A stretch of 64,000 bases of DNA, taken from contig CM052819.1 of assembly GCA_028534125.1 (NCBI GenBank), positions 41,602,001 through 41,666,000 of the forward strand, given 5' to 3'. The translations under genes were made by a program, and so were the position numbers. The stretch is from Lama glama. Its lineage: Eukaryota. The notes below the pieces were generated by a model. It ran no database searches. It saw only the letters and a list, made by a program, of their open reading frames with translations, and was not told the origin of the DNA. Below are positions 35,926-49,314 of the stretch, piece by piece. Within the stretch, counting starts at the first letter, position 1, and every line of letters starts with the position of its first letter.

Positions 35926-37577
35926 TATAATTTTTGGATTAGAGAATTGGGGTCTTTAATCTGCTGTGATTTCCTTTTATATAAAATACCTGAGTACAAA
36001 GGTGCCTAGAGAGACAGATATGTTTAGATGGACTATATATGAGTTCAGCCGAGAAGCCTTTTAACTTACTGAGATTTATGAAATGCACACATAGATGCTG
36101 AATTCTCATAACCAAGAATAAGAGCTCAAAAAATTCTTTAGCACTTACAAAATATGTTAACCATGTGCTTTTCTGATTACAGATACGTTTCTATCCACAT
36201 TATTCCAAACAGTGGAGAAACAGACAAACCAAACATAAGCTGTGAGTAAACTTCAGTAACTAGGTTGTTTTGTTCTACACTGGATGTACCTTTCTTTAAC
36301 TATCCATGTTTTAAATTTAAATTTAATCCAGATGTTTAATATTTCAAAAAGAATCTCTATTTTCTCTTCTAGATACACTGTTTAAGAGGATTTATTTTAT
36401 TGATGGAAAAGTTGGTTGATTTAATTTTCTGCAGAAAAGAGGGCATAGTTGATGCTTGTCAAACACGAGAAATGCAGGAGGCTTCAAGATTGGGAAGGGG
36501 AACTACTTGCCTACTTTCTTTGATTACTTGCACAGTTCTTGGTAAAACCTTCAAACAGAGTGTGTTCTGCTTTCCTTGTCTCAGGCGTGCCACTGGGTCA
36601 CATTTTCTTGTTGCCCTGTCTTTCTACCATTTTATCTGTTATCCATATAGCCATCCTGAAATTTAATGACCTTTATCATTCTCCAATTAAGTTATGTGAG
36701 GTGAGACTCTAACTCAATTAACATATATCATGTGGAGAGCACTTTTTGTATTTTGAACACTGCTAACACTTTCCTGTTCCAAGTTGATTCATAGCAGAGC
36801 AGTCAGCAAGTATTAAGGATGACTCTCCTGAGGTCTACCTATCTTTTCCTCTTTTTTAAAAATCAAAGATGCTACAGTTTTTTGACTCACCTACTTAAAA
36901 CTACAAACCTATACTGCATTAACTTCAAAAAACTGCTTTTTCTACAAAGAAACAGAGGGCTTGGGAGGGTTGTTATTTGTTCTTCTTGAATTTGGGGAAG
37001 ATATGTAGATTCTTAGAGAATTTAATAAACTTTTCTCCTTAACCCGATTATAAAAATCTTAAAAATTATTAGAATGAGTAAATGTAGTTCATATATATGT
37101 AAAAATGCCAAACTTTAAATATCCTCAAATATAAAATATTAGAAATCAATGGATGATCCAGTGAAAACAAAATACATACTAAGCATATACTTAATAGATA
37201 AAAATAAAGAGACAAAAACCTACTTCTAGTGGCAGTGAATTCCTCAGTTGTTAAATGCTTAGTGGAAAGTCACTTGTCAAGGATTTACCTCCTATACTCA
37301 GAAAAATTTTAAATGTACTATAGTATTAGTAATACATGTTTCAATAAATCATAATAATTTCAAGCTGCAAAGAATACAAGATAAATTCCATATACAACTT
37401 AAAACTTAATTGCCAAAAAGAAATTTCTTAATTAAATAAAACTAAGTGTACAACTCACTTTTTAAAGGAATCTTGAAAAGAACATATATAAAAGCAAAGA
37501 AATTCTTTCAGATTTGAAATTATTATTCTTAACTGGTTTTTCTTGGTAAGGATCTCTTTCTGTAAATGGACCTTAGT

Positions 37578-37676
37578 ACAGTGTGTTATATAACTCCAGG
37601 GGGTACCATCTTAGTGCCATTTATACAAAGTATTGTGTGAATGGTGACCTTGTGGTTGAGCATGATGAAGGCCCTG
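37578..37676. mobile_element. MER91A-like hAT-Tip100 MITE
   Basis: aactccagggggtaccat...gtgtgaatggtgacc...aaggccctg. Confidence 0.6.
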
Positions 37677-37762
37677 CTGTCTATACCTGGTTCTTACTTG
37701 GTTATTACGAGATTAGTGGACACAGAATCTGCTGTGTCACATAGGACAACTTTAGGTCATGT

Positions 37763-38410
37763 TAGAATGACTGCCAGGCCAGCTATATAATTTCTAGGGC
37801 CCACTGCAAAATGAAAATGTCTTGCTTATTGTTGAAAAAGGGGGAAAAAGGATTCCCCTTTTTACAGGGTTTCTCTATTTACTGTCATGATATTTTAAAA
37901 TTATCACACTTCCCTGGGCACAGAGACTCTCACAGGAGTGTGAACCTTTACAAGTGCTTGGGGCCCTGCCCTAAAAGTTGCTGAGCCTGACTTCAACCGT
38001 CCTGGTCTCTGTGCCCAATCCTGGCCATGGCTGCTGGGCAGGAGCAAAAAGCAGGTGGCCTAAAACCCACCCCAGGAGGGTGCTGAGAGATGAAAAAGCA
38101 TATGAGTTCCAAGTCCCTGAGTTACATTCCATTGTATCACTGGGCTTCACTTAAAAACCACAAATTCAAAGATAAAAGAATTTTAAGAAGCAATGTCAGA
38201 GCATTAAGTCCCAAGAGAGATACCCTCTGAGTACAAGGCGCTGAGCTGCTGCACTGGTTGAACATCCATGAAGCAGGCCCTGGTGGCTAGATAATTCATC
38301 ATCCAAACCAGGACAATTATGGGCATGAAAGTGGCACAGCTGTAACCTCACTGGGACAAGAGGCACCAACCAACATGATTAAGGACAAATGGTGAAGAAT
38401 TGTCATCCTA
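37763..38410 (+). mobile_element. MER81-like hAT-Blackjack MITE, split by MER45
   Basis: tagaatgact | ataattcatcatccaaaccaggac...ttgtcatccta. Confidence 0.6.
37775..38282 (-). mobile_element. MER45B/C-like hAT-Tip100 element
   Basis: caggccagctatataatttctagggcccactgcaaaatgaaaatg...catccatgaagcaggccctg are the MER45 termini; degraded 8-bp TSD atgactgc/gtggctag. Confidence 0.8.
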
Positions 38411-38429
38411 CAGAAATACAGCTGAAGTA

Positions 38430-38900
38430 GACCTTTAAAAATTAGTAATTCCTAGGCAGCCACAAGTAAAATTCTAGGGGTGAGACTGGCTTAAACCCAA
38501 GGATTCCTGTTCCATTTCTGTCTGATTCTCTTCACTCTGCCCCGCTTCATGCCCTCTCATCCTGAGGCAGTTATGACAGTGACAGTAATTCTACATCTCA
38601 GATTTGGTTAAAACAATATCCAGAAGAAGAATGAAGTTCTCTACCACCCTATACCTTCCAGAACAGAAAAGGCCTTTCTGGAAGCTTCAGGAAACCTCTC
38701 CTTGAGTTGCATTGACCTGAATTGAATCACGATCCCATTTCTGAACCAATCACTGTCAAGAGAGACAATTTTAAGCCCATCAGAACTACCCCTGGAGACG
38801 ACAGTGGGACCAGTGTATGGGCTCCATAGAAGACTGTGGATCTCAGAGAAAATCAGGTTTTGTTTAAAAACAAAAAATCCTATTACAAAAGTAGAAACAG
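38430..38900 (-). mobile_element. MLT1K/L-like MaLR LTR
   Basis: cattgacctgaattgaatcacgatcccatttctgaaccaatcactg...gaaaatcaggttttgtt. Confidence 0.7.
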
Positions 38901-39137
38901 TACAGATGCAGAATTGTCACTGAATAATGTTGTGTGTATATATATATTCTAGAGAGAGACAGAGATGGATTTTTCCTGGGTAAACACTCAGCGATATAAG
39001 CCCTGATCACATCTGCAGTAACACTTCATGCAGCCACAGCCAAGCCAGAAAGACACAGTTTTCAGACAAGTTTGGTCTTCTTAACAAGGCTCTTAGGGTC
39101 CCTTATGATTTTGATTCCTGCCAATATCTCTTACTCC

Positions 39138-39666
39138 TGCAGGGGAGACAATCTTACCCTTACTCTCTTAAAGTTTTTTTGTTTTCTTTCATTTTGTCTT
39201 TTGACGGAGCCTGATAATTAAACTGACATAAGATATCAACAGAAGAAAGACAGACAAATTTATTTAATATAAGTTTTATGTGACACGGGAGCTTTCATAA
39301 GGAATGAAGACCCAAAGAAATGGCAAAACCTAGATGTGTTTTATATTACGTTCAATTGAACAGAGGCGATTGCAGAAAAATAAGTAAATCATATGGGGAG
39401 ACTAGAGGAAAATAATACGGAAAGAATTACTTTAACAAAGTCTGTTTGTATAGAATTCTCTGAGATTCAACTACTCATTCTTGATAAGACTGTTACTTTT
39501 TTAGTATAGGGAGTACATCTTCCACAATGGTACTTTGTCTCTTCCTTTGAAGGAAAAGAAGGAAGGTCAGTGTTTCTCTTACATTTGCTATTTCTCAAAT
39601 GTATTTAACTCTGAATAGTCAATCTGCAAGAGCATATTTTGGGGTGACGTATTCAGGACTCCCTCA
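39138..39666 (-). mobile_element. MER34/MER39-type ERV1 solo LTR
   Basis: Reverse complement begins tgagggagtcctgaatacgtcaccccaaaatatgc and ends ctcccctgca; aagttttatgtgacacgggagc hallmark. Confidence 0.8.
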
Positions 39667-39859
39667 CCACCTAGCCAACAAAGGAATCAGCCATAAAGGA
39701 ATGCTTGAAATGGACCAAATATGTGACACCCCATTATCTTGTTTTGCATCTCAAGTTCCTAATATTTACTATACACTAAGTACATTAAATTAATTAAAGA
39801 TCAAAGCATTATTAGTGCTAAAAAGCCTCTTACATTTTGAAAATAATTCGATATGACAA

Positions 39860-41460
39860 TTTCAAATGAGATGTATCTCATAAATTAGTTTAAAATACAT
39901 AAAGAAAAATTAATATAAGTACAGAAAGAAGCTGATAGATCATAGTGATGATCAAGTACCCCAAAATATACTTAATAGACTCAATGTAATTCAAATAAAA
40001 TTCCCTGAAATATTTTTCTAAAATATATATTGCAAAGTAAAGGGCTAAGAATAGCCAAGATACGCTTGAAAAAGAGCAAGAGATGGCTTTTCCTATCAAA
40101 TATCAATAATATCAATATATATATTCATTAGAGTAAGAAAATGATAGAAAAATTGACCAATGTAATTTATTAGAGTCCTGATACTTGAAAAGGATGGTTT
40201 TCAAATTCCTGGGGATAGCATTAGCTGTTTTGTTAAATGATGCTGAAATAATTAATTGTCCACATGGAGAAGATAAAGAAAATTTAGTGCTTACTTTACT
40301 CCATATACAAAAATCTATTCTAGATGGAATAAGGATATCAAGATAAAACTTTGAAATACTTAAAATAAATAAATGAAAGAATACCTTTATAACTTTGAAA
40401 TTGGAAAGGATTTCCTGAACAACTTATAAAGCAATGTATCCTAAAATTTTGACAAATTTTCTATTTAAAAATTAAGAACTTTGTTTACTAAAAGACTTCA
40501 TTTTAAAAATTGGAATATATTCAATAAAAATTATTACCCAGAATACATAAGGGACTCTTCCAAATCAACATGAACACAAAAGGAAAAGAGGGTTAAGACA
40601 TGAACACATATTTTTCCAAGAAGAAATATGAATAGTAAGCATAAAAAACATGTTCAACCTCACCCATAATCACAAAAATAAAAATAAAAATGAGATGATA
40701 TATTAATTTTCACCCACTAGGTGACAGATTATTTATAGTCTGGCAATAACAACATTTGGAGAGGATTTGATCAATTCTTATGTACTACTGATTGAAATAA
40801 AATTGGTTTAAACCACATGTAAAATATTTTTCATATTAATAAAATATTAAAATTTTCTTATAAATTAGAATATCTTGATACCATATGAAAAATGGTTCAA
40901 TATGTGACATATAAGAATGTTCACCTTCATTAGAATATAAATTCCATGAGGACTTGGAAACTGTGTGTGTGTTTTCTGTTCAAAGAGTACTTAGCAGCTA
41001 GTAGGTGTTCAATAAATATTTGTTAAATGAAAGAAGAATTAGGAAAACCACCAAAAAATGTTTTCTCAGAAGAATAAATAAAAGAATGGTGTGTTTAGAA
41101 AATAAAATATAAAAATTAAAATTAATATACTATAGCTAAATAGTGTTGTGTTCAAAAAGTTTGAATGAAAATAGGTATCAGAAAATTACATATAGCGTAT
41201 TACTTTTATGGAACTAAAAAGCAAGAAAAATAACTTACTTTTAGGGATATAAACATATGATAAGACTATTTAAAAAATCACAACAGTAGAATTAACATGG
41301 AAGAGGCAGGGCAAAGGGATGGAAAGCAACACTTAAGAGAATGCGTGAATATTTGAAATTCTCCAGTGATTGAGTTGGGGGTGTTTAAAGAAACTATAAA
41401 TGTTACATATTCCTTTGTATATTAATTACAACAGTAGAATAAATTAATATAATTTTAAAA
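39860..41460 (+). mobile_element. L1ME ORF2 3' part and 3'UTR, with an L2 tail inserted at about 40930-41030
   Basis: gctaagaatagccaagatacgcttgaaaaag; ccatatacaaaaatctattctagatggaataagga; tgttcaacctcac; L2: gtaggtgttcaataaatatttgttaaatgaa. Confidence 0.8.
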
Positions 41461-42101
41461 GCAAATGAAGAAAATATTTTTAAAATATATAGATAATTCT
41501 ACACTTAGAACATTTAGGTAAAATCTATAAAATATGTTTGAAAATTATAGTGATCTGGCATATATCTACAGCTTCCCACTAGCTAACTTGGTACATTTTC
41601 AAAAAGTACATACCTTCCAGCTTACTGGATTAATAATTAGAACTTTGTAAGATTCAGTTTTTTAAAACTAAAATTAAAAAACTTTAAGAGTTTAGAGCCC
41701 ACTAATTTGGATTTGGCAATGCTTCAGAGTGAATCAGGCTAAAGTTTACCCTTGCACTATTTAAAATGAATAGGCACTTTAAGCAAATTGTGTTAAGATG
41801 GAAAGTTAAAAAAAAAAGTTTACCTTTTTAATTCTTCAAATTTTTCATGGATATTAAAAATACTGACTTAATGCAATACCATCACTCTTCTAATCACACA
41901 TGAGGCTTATCTATTCATTTAAGCAGGATCTAAGAACTTTGTTCTTCAAGAGATGATTTTTCTCCAGAAACTAAAATGTATGAAATCCTAAGTGTTTATA
42001 AAATATTTATACAACTTATTTTCCAAAACTATTTTCATGGTTGAAAAATGGGTGCTTTTTACGTGTAACTTCCCTTTTAAAAGATTAGTTTAGGAATTAA
42101 A

Positions 42102-42102
<1 letters not shown>

Positions 42103-42136
<34 letters not shown>
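42103..42136. repeat. (TA)17 microsatellite
   Basis: Perfect TA run. Confidence 0.95.
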
Positions 42137-42139
<3 letters not shown>

Positions 42140-44829
42140 TTGGCTACTCAGAAGACAAAAACTTATCCTTGTCCAAAATTCTAAGTCTAGCCTGACTGGG
42201 ATTCAATATGGTTTGTGTTGACCTAATCCAAAAATAGCCATAGAAAGGACAACTGGAAATGTTCCAGAAGAGTAAGAATGATAGTAAGAGGAGAGTAATT
42301 AGGCTAATATGTTTAATGTTCTGAGAAGAAAACACATGGAGAAGGATCTCTCTTATTCCCAGGAACATAAGTAGTTTCAATGTTAAAGAATTACTGAGAA
42401 ATATTGAATAATCTATCTCATTTAAAAAAACATCATTTAAATATAATATGTTAATGCACTTAAAGGACAGAGTACTTAATGAAGTGTATTTAGAGTATAT
42501 TGATTACAGCCATAAATGTATATACTTCTTGTGTAGATAAATGTTACCATGATCCATTCAAAATGATGATCTTAGATGGTATTACTCTATGTAGAATGCT
42601 GGCAAACTTGAGTGAAGCTGATTTATTCAAGAGAATTATTCATTTAATTTCTACCATTTAGTATTTATGTTCCCTTTTCATTCATTTATTCATTTCATCT
42701 TTATTCATTTATGCATTTATCAAATATTCATTTAAATGAGTTTCATTATAACTACAGAAACTGTAGGGTAAGATTTGCAGTAAATTTATTCTTCTAATAG
42801 GTTTATTCTCACAAAATCCTCTGAGCAGATAAAGGCTTCCTGACCCATTATGTTCACATCTCTTTAAATTTTTTACAACTTTTCCTTTATCCATTTTCTT
42901 TCTTAATTTGGATGCTTTCCCTGAATTTCATTGAATTCCTGGAATCAACTTTACTAATCCATTTAATATTTGACATACTAAATCTTTTTTATTCAGTGAA
43001 TATATTATACATTACATTATAGATTTTATATGTAGTCATTGAAGAAACTTTACTGTTCAACAGTCAAGCAAAGTTAGTTCACACTAAATAATATAACACT
43101 TTGAGACTACTTTAAAACTATTGTTTAAAACTATTCAGACATCACTAACATTGTCCATAGTCACTTGAGATTTTTTTTCTGCTTCGTGACTTTTTTGGGG
43201 TTGTTATTTCATTAAAATTAACTTGCTATTTACAAAAACAAATTAAATTTTACATTGCTAGTGGAACTATTATTATTATCTGTTTAATGATGATTATGTA
43301 TCTAGTCTTGCTAGTCCAATGGAGCTGAAAATCCTGCTTTCCTCTGAGCTTTGGCTGGGCCATATGGTGTCCCTTTTCTGCAGATGAGCATTTTCTGACA
43401 TAAACCAACACTAGGGCAGGGACAGAGTCAGAGACAGAGAACGGAGCAAGTGTTCTTAACTTTTCATATTTGAATTTGATGCCCAGTTTGTTAAAGGTTA
43501 TCATTGAACAGAAAACTTTTTTCTTTCATCCCCCAGATTTATCATTCCTGTGTTCCTATTCTTTCTATCTACTTCTTCCCACCCTTTTTAGTCTATTTTG
43601 GTTGTGTTATTCACTTTGGCTGCCTTTTGTGGGTTACTGAGTTGGGCTTCTAACCCAGTTTTGGTTTTTCATCCTCTGTTTCATTGTCTCTGAAAACTTG
43701 GGGTCAGAGTCCCTCACTCAGACATTCTAATCTTAGAGAATAATGAGCTGACAGTCTCTTTCCTACCCAGTCTAATTCTTTCTCCCAACTCCTCTTGTTA
43801 TAATTCTGAAGAATCATGTAATACAATGTTTGAAGTTATTATATGGAATTACTTTCTAATTCAAATTGGTGACCACTGACAATAAATGAGTTAGCTACCA
43901 TCCTGACCCTCACCTCGATTTTGAATATAAGGTAGGAGCACCAATATTTCCTATTTAATTATTAGGCTTCCTTTTAGTTTTAATTTTTTTCCTAAGTATT
44001 AGGTTTCCTGTTAAAGGGTGGGTGGCAGGAAAAAAAAGTACAAGACCCAGAGGTAACCGTTGTCATCGTCTTTCCTTTGAGTTTCAATTTTTATTTAGAG
44101 TCAGCATCAAAATGTAAACTCTCCTATGCTAACAGTGATGAGTATGAACATCATGGAGAAAAATGAGTGTCAATATAGTAGTCAGCAAATAAAGAAGTAA
44201 ACGTAAAGTTCCATTTGCTATAAATTGTTCTCCAAAAACGTAATCTGGAATACCATTGCTGAGGAGTGCACAAACAATGCCAAATCTCATAGAATAAAGA
44301 GAAAAAGGTAAGAATAAAGTCCACGTTACATGTATCGTGGTGATTATCCTAAGTCATATTCAAAACAGGTGTGCTTGGGTGAAAGAAAATGCCCTTAAAA
44401 GTGCATTCATTGCCTACTGTCTGTTTAAATTGCTTTTCCTGAAATCATAACTATGTTCAATCATTTCCTACAGGGATATTTTCAGATTATGGCTCTTGTT
44501 ATTTTTTAATTACAAGTACAGTTTTAGTAACAGGACATGCTACTATAAAAATAATAATGATGATGATGATAATATAAGTAATAAACAGGTGCTTTATTGT
44601 GAGTTCAAATCTTTGTGCTGTCAGTAGTCAAGCATAGAGAAAACTTCTGATGAAGGCCATCTCCCCTGGGTGCTGCAGACTGATGAGAACTTTAATCAGC
44701 AACAGAGAGAGCTTGGAGAGATTTGAACAAGCCTCTTGAGGGACTGTGTTTTGTTATTTTCATTTTATCCACAGGGAATCGAACACTACTATACATTCTC
44801 AGGTATATATCCCTCATGCTTTATTCTTG

Positions 44830-45255
44830 CCTCAGTTAAAGTCTCTTAAATAAGTTCTTCCTATCTCTCGCTCACCTACTATGGGCCATCTTTCTAATGC
44901 ATCCTTCTTCACTTTAAAGATTCTGTTCATTCTTTGTCAGCTATAAATTCCATGCATAGCTCTTAGGACAGCCTTGCATAAGGCACCAGGCCCAGCTCCA
45001 GATTTTTCAGTGTCCTGAACCTATATCCTATTCTCTCAATGACAGAATCTGAACCAATGACATTCTTAATGTCTTTACACCTGTTGTTCCTTTACCTAGA
45101 AGTCCCCACCCTTCCTTGCCTGGCAAACTCCTCATTCTCTGCAGAAGTTCACTTGTCACCTCTTTCATGAGACTTTCTTTATAGAGTTAGTTCTTAATCA
45201 CTCCCTTTTGTGGCCTCAACATAATTTATTCACATCTTTAGTAGTTTTATGTGAT
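44830..45255 (+). mobile_element. L2 fragment
   Basis: ataaattccatgc...ctggcaaactcctcattc...tgtcacctctttcatgagactttc. Confidence 0.65.
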
Positions 45256-45431
45256 ATGGAGAGGGTACACCATAGTGGTTAAGAGCATGAGTACCAGAAT
45301 CTGACTATCTGAGTTCAGTCCATGACTCAGCAATTTCCAGAGTAAAACTTTGGGCAAGTTAGGTGAGCTCTCTGGCCTTCAATTTCAGCAACTGTGAAAA
45401 TGGGGTAATAATAGTAGGTAAAGGTGGTTAA

Positions 45432-47116
45432 ATACTTCCTGGTTCAGCTTTGACCTAGAAAGAGCTCAGAGGCCACGCTCCTGTCCTCGCAGTAAGAGAA
45501 AGTAAAACAAACTGAAAAGCAATTACTTTTCTTGGATTCATCATAGAACTGCAGTTGCAGGGCAAACTAGTACACTGAAATCCAGAGGCAGGATCATCAG
45601 GTGAGCCAGAGACCAGAGCTGATTACCTAGAGCGGAAGTCACTGAATCAATAAACTGGGAGGAACACTTAAATGACTCTTTGGATGAATTGCAAGCGGCT
45701 TAGTGGGGACTAGTGTGAGAATGAGAAACTCCTAGGATCAGCATTTATAGGGGAGGTCCATTCTTTTATAGGCTTTACCTCCAGGTAAAGAATTAAAGGA
45801 GCCAACTGAAAGAACTCCAAATCCCCAGAACTAGAACATTTGAGCAATGAAATAAATGAGGACCAGATTTTAACCTAAAGTATGAAGTAAATAGCCTAAG
45901 CCCATAAATGACATAAATGCATGACTGAAGAAATAAATAAATGGTGAGATTAGACAAATCTCTTATGTAGAAGAATTCCAAATAATGTATGTAGCTACTC
46001 TGACCTCAAGGAAGTAGAACATAACACCTCACTAATTAAGTGTTAGCTTGCATACTTTCTTCAAAAGGAAACCTGAAAGAAACAGTATCTCAGCCAGGTG
46101 CTCAAGGTTAATATCAACAGTGATAAGTCATTCTGATGTTATGTAGCTTTCATACGATGTAATGAAAATGATACTTCACCTCTGTGATCCTCCTTCCAAC
46201 AACCCATAATCCCAGGTTAGTCGTGAGGAAAACATCAAAGAGTAGGACATAAAACAAAATTCCTGACCAGTACTCCTCAAAATTGTCAGGCTCATCTAAA
46301 ATAAGGGAAGTCAGAGAAACTGTCAAAGCCAAGAGGACCCTAAGGAGACATGATAACTAAATGTAGTGTGGTCCCCTGCATAGGACTTTGGAACTGAAAA
46401 AGAACATGAGGTAATATCTAATGAAATCTGAGTAAAGGATGGATTTTAGTTAATAATAATGTATCAGTATGGGCTCCTTAAGAGTGAGAAATGTGCCGTT
46501 CTGTGATGGTTAATTCTGTGTGGCAATTTGACTGGAACTCAAAGTGCCCAGATATTTGTTTAAACATGATTCTGTATGGGTCTGTGAGGCTGTTTCTGGA
46601 TGAGATTTACATACAAATCAGTAGACTGAGGAAAGTAGATGGTCTTCCCCAATGCCAGCGGGCCCATCCAACCCATTGGAGGCCTGAATAAAACAAAAGG
46701 CAGGATAAGGGAGAATTTGCTCTCCTTCTGCCTGACTTTAAAATGGGAACTGGCTCTTTTCCTGCACTAGGACTGGAATCTGCACCACTAGCTCTCGGGG
46801 GTGTTCAGCTTGCAGATGGCAGATCACGGGACTTCCCAGCCTCTGGAAACCCATGAGCCAAAACTTTATAATAAATACATAGGAAAGATATGTCATACAT
46901 ATATATTTTTATATATAGAATTTATCTATGTTATACACAGGTATGTACCCTATTGGTCTATCTCTCTGGAGAACCCTAAGACATATACTAAAATAAAATG
47001 TTAGTAATAAGATAAATTTGGTGTGAGACATATGAGAACATAGTCCTATCTTTACCATTTTTTAAATAAATCTAAGACCATTCTAAAATAAAAAAGTGTA
47101 TTTTTTTTAAAAAAAG
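45432..47116 (+). mobile_element. L1MD/MC-like element: 5' end (about 45432-45790) fused to 3'UTR (about 45790-47116)
   Basis: acttcctggttcagc...aaactgaaaagcaattacttttc (5' end); cagccaggtgctcaaggttaatatcaacagtgataagtca, tgaccagtactcctcaaaattgtc, ttctaaaataaaaaagt (3' end). Confidence 0.75.
46502..46985 (+). mobile_element. MLT2C/D-like ERVL solo LTR nested in L1
   Basis: tgtgatggttaattctgtgtggcaatttgactgg...cctattggtctatctctctggagaaccct. Confidence 0.9.
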
Positions 47117-47724
47117 CTTGAATATTGGTCATTTAGTAATATTAATGTTTGACCTAATTCTTCACAGGGTATAATGCAGAGTAAAAGAGCTTAATCTGCA
47201 TAAAATCCTTAGAACAATGCTGGGAACAAAGTAAAGGTCAATAAATGCTACCAGTTATTATTAATGTATCAATTATGTTTATTTTATTAGTTTTTCACTA
47301 TTCTGCAATCTTCCTATCTCTCTCTGAGGCTTATTATTATTTATTTTTATAATCTCTAGAGATCAATTTTATTAGTTCTGTATATGGCAGGCTTTGGAAA
47401 TTTAATTAGAATGACCAGTATAATTTATTCAGCGAGTACTGATGGAAGCAATATTCTGCATTTTATATTATTAAAGAAATAGACAAAGGAATAGAAAATG
47501 ATTTTAAGAAACCTACAACTTACCTGGAGAGATTTAAGTTTTTATCATTTATCTTGCTATAGTCTATTTTGAACTAATTTTTACACTGTCTTTTTCCAAA
47601 ATGGAACAAAGCTAATAAATATATAAATTAATGAGGGAATAAACAAAGATATGGAAGTAATAATGTGATGTCTATCGTGTAAATAACTCTCCCAATTACA
47701 CAAACTCCTGCCAACTAGACATAT

Positions 47725-47900
47725 TTAAGGACTGAGTGATCTGAGGTCACACAGATATAAATTTGATTTCCAGCCTTTGAAAATGTGTGCTTTTAGCAAG
47801 TTTCTTAACCTCTCTGTTTTAGTCTATCCTATTAATAAAGATAAATGTTTGTTTTTTGTTAGGAATAGACTAAGTAGATGAAGGAACTAAAGTAATGTAA
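47725..47900 (+). mobile_element. MIR fragment
   Basis: tgtgtgcttttagcaagtttcttaacctctctgttttagt. Confidence 0.6.
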
Positions 47901-47904
47901 GTTC

Positions 47905-49070
47905 AACAGATAATGGCTTTCTTTAATTTACACAATCTCTACAAGGAAAATGTCTTTATATTTGTTCATCTTGAACCTTGGATGTTGTAGAAAAGTATTA
48001 TCACTGAGTAGATAGAATGTTCCTGAGAACGTTCTGTAATGTCTGATTCTGACATTGTATTCAATAAGTAATCCCAAATTGCTTTCTCATTAAGGAGTTT
48101 TAGTGGTCTTTTCCCTCCAGCTCCTTTTTTCAAATAGAACTAGAATTTAATTTTGTACCCAGAACAATTCTTAAATCCCTTACATTACTCTTTTTAAACC
48201 GTATTTGATGCCTGCAATTAAGAATGAAAGTCTTGAATTGATTTCTTGAATATGTGTAAGCACATTTGACTGTCCTTTATGATTGGATGACTGCATTCTG
48301 TTGATTTTTATTTTATAGTTGGCTTTATTCCTTTGATAGCTATGTAAGTTAAAAAAGCTAAAGACCTAATCTGTTCTTAGAAATAATTAGCACATATATG
48401 AAAACTAAAAAGAAAAGTGCAGTATACTGTATTTATATGCAATGTGTATGTGCAGCCGAACTGTAATAATTCTACCTAATAAAACTGAGAAAGGAAAAAA
48501 AATTTCTATGTTATTTCAGAAATGTTAATGAAACAATTTATAGAAAAAAATGAAAATGTTCTAAAAATAATGAGTACATGTATTTATGGACTTTTGTTCA
48601 CTTTCAATAGTAATTTCATTTTTCACTAATATATCATTCCTTTGTCAATTTTCTTCACCCCATCTTTAGTGTCTTACTTTTATTGTCACTCTTATTTCTC
48701 TTGCATTTCCCTATTACTGTGTATATGCTAGACTGTCATCTTTCTTTGCCAATTTTGGATATAAAGTGTATCTCCTATCTATTCAGATTTTTTTCCCCAC
48801 CAATTACTTCTCTTCTATTTTTCTTTTCATAAACTGTATATTCTTTTCCTCCACATGTTTAATGACATTCTTAGGCATACAAATAATTTTCTGTTTCTAT
48901 TGGCAGCATTCCCGAAAGCAACTTTCAGATTAATCTATTTTTTCTGAACCTCTTGCTCATTATTTTCTTTCAATCTATGCCAATATTGATGATAAAAAGT
49001 TCCCCTTATAATCTTAGTTGCCACTGAACTTCTATGATCTTTCCCTCTCACCTATTTTCTAGGAAAACTA
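47905..49070 (-). mobile_element. very old RTE-like (L4/RTE-X-type) LINE fossil with endonuclease and RT remnants
   Basis: Minus-strand, frameshifted, in LINE order: LYA (about 48875), EEK, IGD (48770-48778), SKIGKE (48742-48759), VIGK, NDIL; then NYK, EYNV and a degraded GVKQGxPLS-like motif (about 47909-47937). Confidence 0.55.
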
Positions 49071-49314
49071 TCATCAAAAACATATTCAATGATAATATAG
49101 AATCATTTAGAGAAAATAACAGAAAATACTTTGTAATTTCATTTATAGAAGGGTTCTGATATTAAACTAGTACTGACAGTAAGTTTCTACACCCTTCAAA
49201 GGTGCAACTCTATTTTATTGCATCAATCAGTATCAAATTTTCAGTCCCCGATAGCCCCGTTTCTCACTTTGATGCTGATCACCTACCAGATGCAATATAT
49301 ATATATACATACAT

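Larger units (their letters stand above)
45260..47265 (+). mobile_element. MIR split into 45260-45420 and about 47150-47265 by an L1 insertion
   Basis: catagtggttaagagcatg...tgtgaaaatggggtaataatagta | cttcacagggt...ttagaacaatgctgggaacaaagtaaaggtcaataaatgcta. Confidence 0.8.
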
